Made by a program: the position numbers and the translations under genes. Positions 37,004-51,269 of a DNA stretch of 64,000 nt are shown piece after piece; the first letter of the stretch is position 1; each line of letters starts with the position of its first letter. The notes beneath the pieces were generated by a model. That model searched no databases and had not been told where the DNA came from. It saw only the letters and a program-made list of their open reading frames with translations. Origin of the DNA: Schmidtea polychroa (taxonomy: Eukaryota). The stretch lies in contig CM097886.1 of the NCBI GenBank assembly GCA_044892525.1, positions 33,542,001-33,606,000 of the forward strand, given 5' to 3'.

Positions 37004-39402
37004 GCAGTGTTTCGGTGATTTTAAAAGTAAATACTAGTTTGTTAATAAAAGCGTTTAAAAACTAACAGAAATTCTCGTACAACGGCAGGCAAACAACAAT
37101 AAGCATTTAATTTTCTTAAAAGTTATAAAATAATTATTCTTGTTTAAATAAATAAAACAAATCACAAATCACTGCAAATCTATAAATCTCAAATTATGTT
37201 CTCAGTTAGTCAATCTAATAATAAAAAATAAAATAATTTAATTTAATTAATTTTTAATAAAAAATAAAACCACATTATTTATTAAAAATTAAAATTTTGA
37301 AAGACTAATTAAAACAATTCAAGATGATTTAATAGTTTGTCAAATAAAAACTAAATAAATTACAATTGAAAGTGAAAGTATTTGAGTTTTATTATTTTGT
37401 TTTAATATTTTAATATTTATTCAACTGACCTTGAATTAATTAGATTTTTAATAAGGGATTTTAGAAAATCTAAGTCAATTATTAATTTTTTTACCAACTA
37501 AGAAACAAATTCAATAGTTATGAAATAAATAATTTTTTTGAAATTTTTAATTATACAAAGATTTAATTAATAGAATTTATATTACAAATTTGTTGGAGTT
37601 GCACAAGAATGCTTAAAATAAACGGTAAATGGAAATTGTTAGAAATTAATTAAAGGCTAATTAAATATTCAAAAAAGTAAAGTAATATTTTTCGGGAGTT
37701 TGTGGTTTAAGGTGGCAAATTAAAATTTCAATACGAGTAGAACGAATAGAAGTAGGACGAAAGAAATACATTCAATGAAAAAACAAATTAAATTTTTAAT
37801 CTCTTTTTTTATTCAAGGACAACTCATAAATTATTGGGAAAATCTCGGAGTTGGTAAATTGATTGGTTTCGTAAATCATTTTTAAATGAATTGCTCCAAT
37901 AATTGATTGTGCTGATAAGTGAGGAAATTTGCCAATTTTGTCAGAACAACGAATGTGCGTTTTAAAGACAAAGGAAGAGCTTAAACCAATAGCTAACCAT
38001 CAGATAGCAAATTGTTTTGACGCAGTGAAATCCGTTGGAAATCTACCCCAAGTATAATTTGAAATTATTGTGAATGCATAATATTTTCCTGTGATCAATA
38101 AAAATATTTTATTTTATTGCGTTTTCCTTTGAATTTTTATTAAACACGGGAGTCAGATTCAGAGTTAATTTCTCTTGAAACTTTAATATTATCTCAACAA
38201 ATTTTTAAATCATAAACTTTGTATTTATAATTTTTAATTAAAATTATCAACTATAATGTAAATTAAATTAACTAATAATAATAAATTATTTAATAAATTA
38301 ATTAGGAACGAAAGTAGTGTTTCACATAAATTTAAGGACACCATTTTTTAAAATTTAATTTTGAAATTTATTTTGTCAGTTAAGATGTTATTATCAGGTA
38401 CCAAAATAAATTCATTACCAAATATATATATGTATATTCGTGTAATAAAATCAAAGCTTTATTAATCCTTTTAAAATTAATTGGAAACATTTTATAATAA
38501 CGAGCCCAATAATTTTTGAAACCCGTTGATAGAAAATTTATGACATCAATTAAATTTAATTCAATTAAAAGTGTAAAGAAAATAGTAAAGAAAACATAAA
38601 TAATTTATTATTAATAAATCAGATATTTTTTTATGTTTGGTAAAAGTTTTGTTTCAACATAAGTTATGTTAAAATTCTCTTTCGATTACACATTTTACAA
38701 TGTCCATATACTAAGTCTCAAAATATAATAAAAAATCATTAAATTAAAATTAAAATGATAAAATAATGTAAATAATTTATATTTTTTTTAATATTTAATT
38801 AAATAATTATTATTATAATAAATATTTAAATATTCAAAATATTATAATATTCTAAACATTATATATATTACTATTTTAAAAATATTTATTTTTTGTAATA
38901 GATTGGCTTTAACTTTCAATTTAACTGCGCAAAATATTCTCATTTATTTAACAAGAAATCTTTATTCGATGCTTAATTGTTAAAGAAAGAAAATTTTATG
39001 GAACTTTATAATTTGCAAATTAAAATCAGATTTCCGAAGAAATTTAAAACGCCTACCATCCCTGAAGCCAAGAATTTTAATCTTTCATGTGAATAATAAA
39101 TTCAAACAAATCAAGCGTTTCATCCACTTCCTTCTTATTTACTATAATATAAACTTTTTTTCGTAAATGTCATTTTATACATTGAAAATTGCAATAATTT
39201 ATTTTTACATAACAAATTTTACAGCTAAAACTCAACAAAATATAGTCAAGAAATATAATATTAATAAACCATTGCGTAGATAGCTTATTAAAATACATTA
39301 TTAGGTTCTTTAGAAATAAACATTTAAAAAAGATTTTTATTTTGAAAGACTTTTATACATAATAACCAAAAACTGAAAAATGATGATATATATAATTAAA
39401 CA

Positions 39403-39747
39403 TATTAGAAGCTGCTAGCACATCTTCTAAATTATTTTTTAAATCCGGTTCTAAAGTCATAATTCCAAGTATTTATTTAATGAAATATTGTATAATTTTC
39501 AAACAAATTTTCAGCGTTGAATAAAATATTTTCAAAACCATTTATTAAAATTTCGATATTTAAAATATATTTATTTAAAAATTATTTACTCATAAAACTT
39601 GTTTTATAAAGCTTGTTAAATTTTCCAATTTAAAAAATAAAATTTAAAAATTATTTTAAAAGTTATTTTAATAGTCCATTATTTATCATTTAAAATTATT
39701 TTAATAAATCATTGAAATATTTAATTCTCAGCTGAAAACACCTCACA
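39403..39747 (-). mobile_element. Solo LTR of the same Gypsy family
   Basis: Full-length match to 32129-32501, flanked by a perfect 5-bp TSD AAACA. Confidence 0.95.
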
Positions 39748-42700
39748 AAACATATTTGGCAATGATTTAATTATAAAAAAAGCGTTTATCGAACATTCGT
39801 TAATTATTAATTAATAAATTTGTTCATAGAATCTATAATTTCTATAGTTATTTTATCCTACCTAACAATCACAGAAAAATTGTCAAAATATATTGTTAAA
39901 TATATATAATGAAAAATATTAATTAATTTTGAGTCTCCAAATCGGGTTAATAAAATAAAAATAAATTTAATTAAATAAATCACAATAATACGTGTATTGT
40001 GGAGTGAACATGGCATTGTCATTGTTAAGAAGAGTCAGTTGTAACAAATTTGATTCATCCAAACAAATAGGATAATATCTAAAAAAGAGATTTTATTGAT
40101 TTGCATATTATTGATACAGAATACCTACAAACAGACATACATTCCAACATTCAAAAACAACCATCACACATTATAAATAAACCCTGATATTTAAACGACG
40201 ATTTTGACATATTATTATGCAATAGGTTAGTTTATTTAATTATGTAAAATTTATTTATCATTCTTCCTTACAGGCATAACATGAATATATGTATTATACA
40301 AATACAACTTATCAGTCTAAATTGTCGGGACTAATTGTTGATTGTAACATATATTAGATATTTTACAGTAATTTATTGTATTTTCTCTTATTTGGAAACA
40401 TAAATATAATCATATTTCAGAAATTGGCTACATTATACCAAAACTTTGTTGCAATAGAATTCGCTAAACAAGGTAACATTTTACTCTCAAAATAAAAATT
40501 TAGATATGGACAAAACATCCTAAATATATTCTTTATTATTCATTTTATGAGAATTAATTAATTAAATATATTGAAATATTTGTATTATAGGAAACCTTTA
40601 TGAGTTTATTAATTATTCAGTAATTAATGAAGCCACTGTTGCTAGAAAAGCATATTGTTACCAGATATAATGTTCCATTATGTAAATGAGATGAGGTATC
40701 ATGGTGAATAATACCTCATTGTCCAGTTAACTGTTCCCCATAAATATGAAGTTTTGCTAATGGAGTATTATATTAATTGTCTGGGTTTCTGGTGGTTAAA
40801 TAGAACATGGGATGTAAATTGATATTACTTTTATGTATTGTACATAATCCAACATAAGTTACATAGGAAGATAAGTTGCCCTGCCAGCATGGATCTTGTT
40901 GGTGTAACATTCTCGGTTTAACATTCAATAATTTCCCAACTTAATCTGATCAAATTTTAAAATGCTTTATTCAAACTTTTATAAAATAATGGTTCTAAAT
41001 TGTAGTTTTTAGAACATCAAAGGAAAAGTAAAATGAAAAAATTATTCAGAGACAATAGTTGAAGGAATGTGTTCTGTTTCACTGGACTTTAATAAAGCTT
41101 AAACATTTCAGCTTTTTTACCTTTCCGAATAAATTCAGTTAAAATTTTATATTTATCACCTTGTGCTTGACTGTCACCTATTTTTGCCATATAAAATCCA
41201 CCAACATATTGCTTTACTTGAATAAAGAATTAGTGAACAAACAAATTTTATATGAGTTCGGCTATTTTTTGTTTTTCTAATATAAAAGTTCATTTTCAAA
41301 TTTCTTTAATTCCATAATTAGTAATGTAAATCTATTTTATGATAATAATTATCAATGATCTTATCAAGTAAATATATGGTTTAAAATCACAAATAAATTT
41401 TGAATAATAATACAATTTAAATTGCTCATATAAACAAATAAAAATCAAAAATATTGTCTTTAAATTTTGTCAGATTTAGAAACACAACTTGGTGAGCAAT
41501 AAATAACATTTGCTTATGATGTAATTTATAAAATAAATGTTTTAGATTTTATTTTTATTTTTAAAAGTAAGTTTCTATTTAAAATAACTATAAAAAAATA
41601 AAAAAAAAGTATTCTAAATCTAAATCAATTTAATTAGATTATATTCATAATTAAAAAAAAATTAAGTACTTTTAATATTTAAGAAACTTTATAAATTTTA
41701 TTATTAAACTATATATGTTAGTGCTTGTTTTAAAGTTGATTTAACTAAATATAGTATTATTTAATTAGTAATAATTAATATTTCAATAAAACTTGAATAT
41801 TAAAATATTTAAAAAGAAATAAGTTATATATAATAAAAAAAGTAATCAATTTTGAGATTTTTTTAAATTTTGAAATCTGAATAAATTTCGAAAAAAATTA
41901 TTTAAAAATAATTTATCAAATGTCAACTTACATTTTATTAAATAAACACAATTCTGAACTTGCTAAGGAAAATATTTAGCTCAAATATATTGCATGGACG
42001 AGTATTTTATTTCAATATTTCTAGCTATTCACCAATTGGTTCATACAATTGGTAGAAATAATACATCATTGAAATAGAGACAATATCCTATATATATAAT
42101 TTGTTATTATTATATCTATATAAATATTAACCATTTATCACTTGAAATTTATAATTTCAAATTTCAGATTTATCATTTGTTAAAAAACATAAAATTAAGA
42201 ATTTTGATTTATTTTTTTTGTATATTTTTCATTTTCAGATTCACGTTTTACGAGGGAATTTTTATTTTATTATTTATATTTTATTAAATATATTAGAATA
42301 TTCATGAGACCTACAAAGTTTATTATACTATTTGACTCGTAGAGGAAATTAATTATGTAAAAGAACAATTATTCTGACAGTCATTTAGTAACATTCAATC
42401 ATACAATTTAGCACATATTAATTTATATAATTATACAACTTTACTGATAATACTGGTATTTATGAATATTTTACACAGAAAATGTTAACTATTCATGTTA
42501 CAAAAAACAATCTTATTTTGCTAATGTCGCAAATATGCATCATCTCGTGAAATTAATTAAGCACATAGAAATGAGCTTTCGAAAAAACTAATCTATTAAC
42601 AGGTTAATGAAATATTTTAAACATAAAAAAAGCTAAAAGAATATTGGAAAAACTAACCTACCTTTGATAATACATATGTAATGAACAGGTATTTCAACAA

Positions 42701-42784
42701 AAATTAGAATGATTATGATGGAAAATCAAAAGAAAAAATGTGTAAAATATTGTTTTGTCTCTTGAAATAAGTAGAAGGATGTGT

Positions 42785-43669
42785 TCCCTGCTGAGGAAAG
42801 AAATATTAAGCTAAAATGTTTTTGCTTAATATTTTATGTAGGTAAACTAGTATTTTATTTATTAAGCCAACTTACAAATTTAAAATTTTTACGAATTTCA
42901 AAGTTTTTTAAAGAAACTTTTCATAATTTTTATGTAGGTTAACTCAAAAATTATGTAATTCACACAGACACACATCCCCATAACACTTGTTTCCCTTCCA
43001 GCACAGTTTATATATAGTTATTAAATAAGTAGGTCATATATATTTAATTAATAAATAAGTAGGTGATAGATACACATATAGTTTTAAAACTATATAGTTT
43101 TAAGATATGTAGGTCAGATATACGCACATATTATATAATTTTTAAATATGTAAGTCACAGACACGCATGATCATAAAAACTTCCAGGACAGTCTATATAT
43201 AGTTATTAAATAAGTATGGCATATAGATTTAATAAATAAATAAGTATATTACAGACACATACACACTATAATAAGTAAATAAGACATATAGTTTTCCTGT
43301 TGATTATAACTTCAAATTGAATTGCAAAACATTTTAAAGATTTCCTACGATATTTCATTACAAGTTCTTTTGAAATTCATCAAATTATTAGATTTGTGTT
43401 CACTAAATTATCTCAATAGGTTTTCATCTTGGGAATTGGATATCATTTCTACAACAACTAAAAGGTTTATTTAGATGATTATGCGTATTATCAAATTAGC
43501 TTTTCAACTTTTGAATTGGGCTGACACATCTTTTCAGTACCTATATGAACGTATTGGTTTCATTGTATTTTAGTAATTAACTCTTTTAGTTAATAATTTG
43601 GTATGTAAAAGGTCTTTAATAAATATTTTATTACAGTGTATTTAGTTAATAATAATAAAAAAACAATAA

Positions 43670-43704
<35 letters not shown>

Positions 43705-44002
43705 AGAAACTTTCAATAATCAACTTTGAGTTGGCGGCCCTAACTTTTAATGCCGATTTGAACTACATAATTTTTCTTAAAAGTTGTTGACTATCCCTAT
43801 TTATTGTCCATTAAATGCATACACACACAGCAAGTTTTTTAAAACACTATTTTTTTCTTATTTGACAGACTTTTAGTTAGAATATTTATTGAAACAATAT
43901 AATATGTGTGTATATGACCAACTTATTTATGATTAAATCAATATGACCTACTTATTTATTATGACATCTTTATAGTGTGTGTTTCTGATATGAATATTTT
44001 CA

Positions 44003-44066
<64 letters not shown>

Positions 44067-44235
44067 TGTGTGTGTGTGTCTGGGACCTACTTATTTAATA
44101 ACTATATATAGACTGTTCTGTAATGGTAACAATTGTTTATGACGATGTGTGTCTGTGTAAGCTCTATAAAAACTTGAAAATTGTAAAAATTTGACTTATT
44201 TTTTAGCTTAATATTTTTTTCCTCGGGAAAGGGGT
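42785..44235. mobile_element. Foldback-like element with long modular inverted arms
   Basis: 42962-43036 is the reverse complement of 44085-44158; the repeated aaataagtaggtc unit occurs in both arms; the outer match gaggaaa..atattaagctaaaa extends the arms. Confidence 0.75.
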
Positions 44236-44628
44236 TTACAGTACTGGGAACGACAGTATTACTAAAATAATATACATATATTTTTATTTTAGACTTAAAT
44301 GCATCATCAAACATTATAAGGCAATATGTTCTATCTTACGAATTTTGGAATCCTTGGAAATATATTGTTGATGGTTTAACTGATTGTTCTTCAAGTGTTG
44401 GAACGTTTGTAAATTTTCATCCAAATATTCAACATTTGACACATGACATATTTTCATAGAAAAAATGAATAACCAAAAATACTAATAGAACATTATATGA
44501 AAGATAGTGATGATTGTTTACAAAAATAAATTATTGTATTTTAAAAGAGTTCCTTAAATAATAAAATCAAAAATTAATGTTGAAAAAATTTTTGAAAATT
44601 AAAAATCTGAATAAGGAATCATATATGC

Positions 44629-45686
44629 CAGGGGTGGGCAAACTACGGCCCGCGGGCGGCATGCGGCCCGTATGCATGTACATGTGGCGATCCTATGCGA
44701 AATTAATTTTTTTGTTTGGAGCTTAGACTTGCAGTTTTGCCTATATTTTTGAAATGTATTTCTTATTGCTTTGATTCGAATTTATGGATATTAAATCGAT
44801 TTTATGGCTTCAGAATATTATTAATTACTGGTCATTACTAGTTAACATTGAAACTGCTTTTCCGCTCAACCAGAAGAGGATTTTATTTACAATTTACATT
44901 TTGAAAGGCTTTGTAAAAATTGTAATTTTAAAGCGAATAGACTTTGAATTACCCATGAGTGTTGCTAAAAAAAGAAAGATTGAAGACGAATGTCGTGTTT
45001 TTAATGTCGAATGGACTGCTAAATACTGCTTCACGAGCGTTGGGAGCAAATCAGTCTGCTTGCTGTGCCGTGAGTGTGTGAGCGTCTTTAAAGAGTACAA
45101 CTTGAAAAGACACTACGAAACAAGACATTTGGATTTCGGGCGCAATTTAACAAACGAAGAGAGAAAAAAGAAATGCCAGGAGTTGGTTAATAATTTAAAG
45201 AAGCAGCAAACTGTTCTCACCAAACATTCTGTAATACAAGATATTGCAACCGAGACCAGTTTGATGCTATCCCATAAGATTGTAAAACGTAACAAGCCCT
45301 TTTCTGACGGCGAGTTCATTAAGGAATGCTTGTCAGATGCAGCAAGCATTATGTGTCCAGAACAGAAAACAAAATTTGACAGCATTTCTTTATCAAGGAG
45401 AACCGTAGTCAGATAAGTGACTTTTGTTGGAATAATTATGAATAGTAAAATCTTATTCCCAAATTAGCAATTCGTTTAGTTCCTATTCGAAAATGTAATG
45501 TGCATTTGTAATAGAGTGGGAATGTGAAATAAACTGACAAATACATGACTATTTTCATCAATTCATATTTTCATAAGTTGTAAAAATTGTAACTAAAGTA
45601 AAGTAGTAGACAAAATATATATGCAGCCCCCGATAACAATCAAGTTTTCTATGTGGCCCTTTATAGAAAAAGTTTGCCCACCCCTG
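44629..45686 (+). mobile_element. Charlie/GTF2IRD2-like hAT internal-deletion derivative
   Basis: Perfect 16-bp TIR CAGGGGTGGGCAAACT and perfect 8-bp TSD ATATATGC. Confidence 0.97.
44955..45416 (+). CDS. N-terminal part of a GTF2IRD2/Charlie-like transposase (zinc finger), truncated before the catalytic domain
   Basis: MSVAKKRKI..RVFNVEWTAKYCF..SVCLLCRECVSVFKEYNLKRHYETRH..KPFSDGEFIKECL..ISLSRRTVVR. Confidence 0.88.
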   Translation: MSVAKKRKIEDECRVFNVEWTAKYCFTSVGSKSVCLLCRECVSVFKEYNLKRHYETRHLDFGRNLTNEERKKKCQELVNNLKKQQTVLTKHSVIQDIATETSLMLSHKIVKRNKPFSDGEFIKECLSDAASIMCPEQKTKFDSISLSRRTVVR

Positions 45687-45739
45687 ATATATGCAAATTA
45701 CTATGAATAAAAAGTTACAAAAATAATAGTAATAATAAC

Positions 45740-45743
45740 AATA

Positions 45744-45808
<65 letters not shown>
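45740..45808. repeat. (ATT)n microsatellite
   Basis: Seen directly. Confidence 0.97.
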
Positions 45809-45809
<1 letters not shown>

Positions 45810-46149
45810 AAATTAATAATAACTTATTTTTTCAATATTTTGAAACTAGTTTGTGAATATACTTTCATAATTTAAAAAAGAAATTAATTTGAGGTTTCGG
45901 AATTCAATTTGTAATTTGTATGTCATATTTGGACAATATTTAATAATATTCAATTAATTAATATGAAATGAAATGAAAGATTTTTCAATTTTAAATAAAC
46001 TTAAATTTTATTAAAGTTTTCTTTAAATTTATCTAAAGAAATTAAGAGATTTTAATAAAACAAATTTTAAGAAAAAAACATGGATTTTATTCTAATTGGT
46101 TTGATAGAAAAAATTGAGTATTTAATTTGAATAATCTTTTCCTTTTTCT

Positions 46150-46202
46150 ATTTTTATTATTATTATTAATATTATTATTTATTATTATGATTTTTTTAGT
46201 TG

Positions 46203-46267
<65 letters not shown>

Positions 46268-46285
46268 CATCATCATCATCATTAT
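46150..46285. repeat. (ATT)n(CAT)n microsatellite
   Basis: Seen directly. Confidence 0.96.
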
Positions 46286-46507
46286 TTTATTCATTTTATT
46301 ACAGGATATGCTTTACAATCATTTAGATAACATAATCTTCTTTTGTCTTGACAATAATATTAAATTGAATATCAAAAAAATGTTAAAATACTTTTACGTT
46401 GAATCTAATTGAGCTTGGCTCATATGCACAAGTCATCGGAATCTATAGTAAAGAAAATAAATGAAGAAAAGTTTTGAAAGTGGATTCTACAAAGTAAATA
46501 ATCTTAA

Positions 46508-46930
46508 CCCTTTCAATACTGTAGGTAAATAAATGATATTATAAATAAATGACATATTGTCTCAGAGAATTTCTAATAATTACTAAAATAATTTAAATGC
46601 TTAGAAATGCTTTGGGATCTGGAATTTTAGTACTGTACGGTCATAGGCTCGTAAAGAAGTCCAAACCTGTCTGCTTTGTTGCTGTTTGCTGTCTGGTTTT
46701 TTTCTTTTCTATAAAATTTTGTCAGTCTAGATGTTGCTAACAAACAGTAGACAAGTGTCACGCTTATTACTAACTGTGTTTTTATATGTATTGTGCTCGA
46801 AATTGCTAAGTAAGCTATTTATAATTTTATTTTACTTATTTAGTATGCAACGACAGTTTTTATGAATTTTTTTATTTCCAAAAATAAAAATGGGACTTAT
46901 ATGTTCCAATAGCGTTAATTATTGGGATAT
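46508..46930. mobile_element. piggyBac-like non-autonomous element, right end eroded
   Basis: TTAA-CCCTTTCAATACTG at left, partial inverted CAGTATTGAA at right, and tgggac..gtccca subterminal repeats. Confidence 0.5.
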
Positions 46931-48934
46931 TATGTCCCATCAGTATTGAATAACCTATATACTCAAAATTTTCGTTTTAGAATGGATAAACCTTGCAGAT
47001 CATTTATTTAAATATTTGTTTTTCCCGTAAAACTAAATTAGCAATACATACTTTGTGCTATAAATATTACATGAATTATTAAAATAAAAAAATCGTATTA
47101 AAAGGATTAATAATTATATTTTGTGGTGTTTATCGGAAATGTACAAATTTCACTTAAAGAAAGAAAATATTTAATTACACCGAGAAGTTCATACAAGGAG
47201 TCATTGTTAGAAATAATTGATCCCAGGAGATCTGTAGATTTTAATTTTTTTAACTTTGGGAATTATTTAATCGATTTTGAACACTGTTTCTAAAGTTTTT
47301 AGAGATGAAAGAAAAGTAACGATTCGTTATTTCTTGTCCAATAAACGTTATTCCCAAAAGATTTCCTGAAATAATTATTCAATTAATAATAAATTATTAA
47401 GTAAATTTTTATAATTCAAATATTTAATTGAAGAATCATTATCTAATTTATCTAATTCATTATCTTATTTTTGTGGTATAAGGTTTGATTGGGCAAAATT
47501 TCCCATCGACTGTTGAAAAAAGCAATTCTCATTTCACTACTTTTGAAAAATACATTCAGAACTTTTTCGACTTTAGTCATTACTTTTGTCATGATAGCTA
47601 TCTGTTAACGTCAAATTAATTTATGAATTATTTTTTGACATAGCCACAAATGACAAATCTATCGAATTTAATTACTATTTATTTGAAAAAAGAAATTAAA
47701 ATGCAAAATAAAATTTTTAATTTTTAAAATCAATAATTTTTGTAAAAAAGGTAGCAAACGAAAAGTTAAAGACGAATCAAATGACTTTTAATTGATTTAA
47801 GAGCAATCAAACGCAATTAAAAAATATTAACTAAATAGTTAATTAATTAAAATTTAGTTGATGAAAATCATTATTTATTTGGAAAACAAAATAGTTGTGT
47901 TTTACAGGAATAATAGCGGCATGTTAAATTTATTTTTATATATTTAGTGATTTTCTCTAACATAGGGAAGAATTTTATAATATTTTTCTCAGAACATAAG
48001 TGGTTAATATGAAAGCAGTGTATAAAAACAAAAATAAACTTTTTACAAATCCTAGTAATGATCAAAAGGAAATTGCTAATCACTGATTAATTGCCGAAAT
48101 TTCCATTTGGGAAGTATCTAAGGCATCATCTGTTTATAAAAAATAAAAATACATTTGATAAAGTTATCAAATGTAGTATTTGATCGAAATTTATATAATA
48201 ATATCAGTTATCAAATTTGTTCATGAGAATAAAAATCTTTATTTTTTGGGTTTATTATTGTTTATTAAAAATGCAGAAAGCCAAATTAAATTTTAATCGA
48301 ACTGCAATTTTTATAATCCCATGAAACTAACAAAATAAAGAAAAAGTTTAAATCGATGGATATTAATTTTCAGCGCATGTCGCATTGTGTTATAATTATA
48401 AGAACATTTTTCAATTTTCACTTCTGATTTCTTTTCAATTGACATTTTATTTATTAAAAAAATTAACTATGAATCAGTAAAGATATCGATGTTTTTTTAT
48501 ATTCACGAATTTTTGGCACATCTTTTTTCAAGTGCAGAATGAAATGCTGTATTATGAATTATTTATAATAAAGCTACAAAAATTTCACGAGAAACCTTAC
48601 ATCATAAAATACTTATGAAATCACAGGGTTATTAGTTAGAAATGCATTTAGCTTAGTTAGAAATTTTTAAGCTCTATAAAGAGTATCTGTATAGCAACAT
48701 ATAATAAGGTATTAGGTAGAGATGAATAACATTTTTACAATCAACTAATTACAAATTTCAATGTGTTGTACGGTTTGCATATAAGAAAACTATAAAAATA
48801 TGAATAGTAAATCAAAGACACAAATGATCGCTTTATTAACAAAATAAACATAATAACAACTCAACACAAATAAGACATATAATGGAAATTCTATAAAAAA
48901 CCAGGAAAAGATAATTATTACGGGGAACAGCTAT

Positions 48935-49162
48935 TTAATGAGAAGTTCGGCATTGCTTTTTTGCAACAAATTGGTATATATTTGCAGATATAAAAGCAAC
49001 TCGCACGCAGTTTTCCAATCCTACGTCATTTAGGTTTGCAGAAAATAATTGCTCGCCTGCGTGAGTACTTCCAAAAAGTGTTATGATTTGCATTGCATGC
49101 GTGACTAATCGAGGAAATATTTGAAATATTATGTAATTTAGATAAAACATGTGGATGCCCAC
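48935..49162 (-). mobile_element. Charlie-type hAT transposase C-terminal remnant
   Basis: FPRLVTHAMQIITLFGSTHAGEQLFS..LENCVRVA..KKQCRTSH*. Confidence 0.8.
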
Positions 49163-49341
49163 ATTCTAAAATATATTTCTGAAATCAGTGTTACTTTGTA
49201 AATCTCTATAAATTCTATTTATAACTCATCTAAAACTGTTTTCACATCTATTTTATATGGCAAGTAAAAATATAAAAAACTAACAATACTAAATTTGGTT
49301 AAAGGTAGTTTGGAAACTTCCTAAACTCATATGAAGATGCT

Positions 49342-49530
49342 TTGAGAAACTTAGTGAGACGGAAATACATTGGAAATACATTTACATCAAGTGATGGAGA
49401 TAAAAGATTTAACAATTCATATTATTATCGGTTGACCATAAATTCAGTATCGGTGACTAGAAACTGTTTAGAAGGTTCTGAAAGGCCTAAAAGTGTTTAT
49501 TGTTTTTGTTGTAGATTATTTACTTTTCAT
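49342..49530 (+). mobile_element. hAT (ZMYM1/TTF zinc-finger type) transposase N-terminal remnant
   Basis: KRFNNSYYYRLTINSVSVTRNCLEGSE..SVYCFCCRLF matches the TTF-type pattern RxFxxxYYxR..RxWLxYS..vYCFCCKLF. Confidence 0.78.
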
Positions 49531-51142
49531 TCTGTTAAAAGTTTTATAATTTAAGTCTTCTGATTACGAAGAGACATGCAGATTGAGGACCTTATATCTC
49601 CTTGAAACTTCCTTTAAAAGGAGAAAAAAAATTTAGTTTTATTGACATTGCAGATTAAACTGGTAATAGATTGACAAATTCTTTAATAAATAAAATTAAA
49701 AAAATTTAATTTAGACATTTAAAAAAAAGATTATGATAACAAAGCAAAAGATAAAAGAAATAATCTTCAACGACATATCCTAAACATTAGCCCTATTTCA
49801 ACTTTTACATCCTGTTCTTCTCATTCCTGGAATTTAGTCGTTAGTAACACTGGGAACATTAATGATGCCTCATTTAGAACTTCATAAAGATATGAAAATA
49901 TAAAATAAGTGTTTAATATAATAAGATAAGACATTTTGTCTGAGTTTTATGTAATAAAAATTAAAAGTTTTCACTTTATATTCTTGTTTGTAATTTTTTT
50001 TGATGAAACTGAATAGAAAACCTTTTAGAAAAATGCTTCAAATTATAGCGACATAAATTGGAATTGTATTGGACGCTTCTAATCATATACTTGAAAATTG
50101 CCAACTATGTATATTAAAATATATCATTGCTATATATTTCGACTGTTTAACAATCTTCTTCAGGCTAGGAATCGTATTATTAACAACTAAATGAAAATAA
50201 GAATATTCAAACAAATTAATAAATAATAATTGTAATAAAATTGTATCAAACTAAAAAATATTTTAATAAAATCTTTCTTTTTTTTGAGAATTATAAACAT
50301 TTTTTAATCATAAATATAATTATTTTAATTTTAAAAAAACGCACAAAATTGTTAACATTCCCATACAAAATTCTTGAGCATTGCCGGCAAATGGATTGAC
50401 CCACGTTAGTGATCATTTTAGGAAGTGTACCAGTAAAAAAATAAGTATTTCTGATCTTAAGATTTTGTCAAAAAATTTGAGTAATTACTGGGAACGAGTA
50501 ATCAATCTTTTAACTGTTAAGCGTGAGAACTATTTCGATAATGTCGCAGATACGTATCATCACATGAAATTAATTTAGATCACAGAAACAAGTTAACAGG
50601 AACAATTTAACAACGCACAACACCAATTTTGATTTTTTAAATAATATTAAAAATTTACCAAATTTAAAGGATAAAAAAATTAAGATGGTGATAAAGAGGA
50701 GAATGGGAGCTCAGACTAAAAAAGAAGGATACAGAGAAATAATATTTTTAGAATTGTCTAAAGAAGTTTAGCACTTTTACGTTATCTAGTACGTGTTTAT
50801 TTGGAAATATAAATCATAGCTGAGACATTTTGTTTGAACTTGTTTGCTCTTAGATACATGCTAATAATTATTGCTATTTTGTCATGCGCAATTTGTACGG
50901 GTCACTAAACTTTACATATTAATAGAGTTGATACTTATTATAAATTAGATTATTCATATTCTGATCATAAATACTTATTTCACTTAATTAACATGAAACC
51001 TTGTAATTACACATATAATAATTAATATAAATTATCATATAAACATCATAAAATTTTCTAAAAATATATATATATTATAAGAACTTTTTTTTTAAATTTC
51101 ACCATTGATTTCTTTTTCATTGACATTGTATTTATTGAAAAG

Positions 51143-51210
<68 letters not shown>

Positions 51211-51269
51211 TTTATTCGTGTATAACATAATATCATCTCAATTTACCTTTTACAAGGATTCCAACGCTC

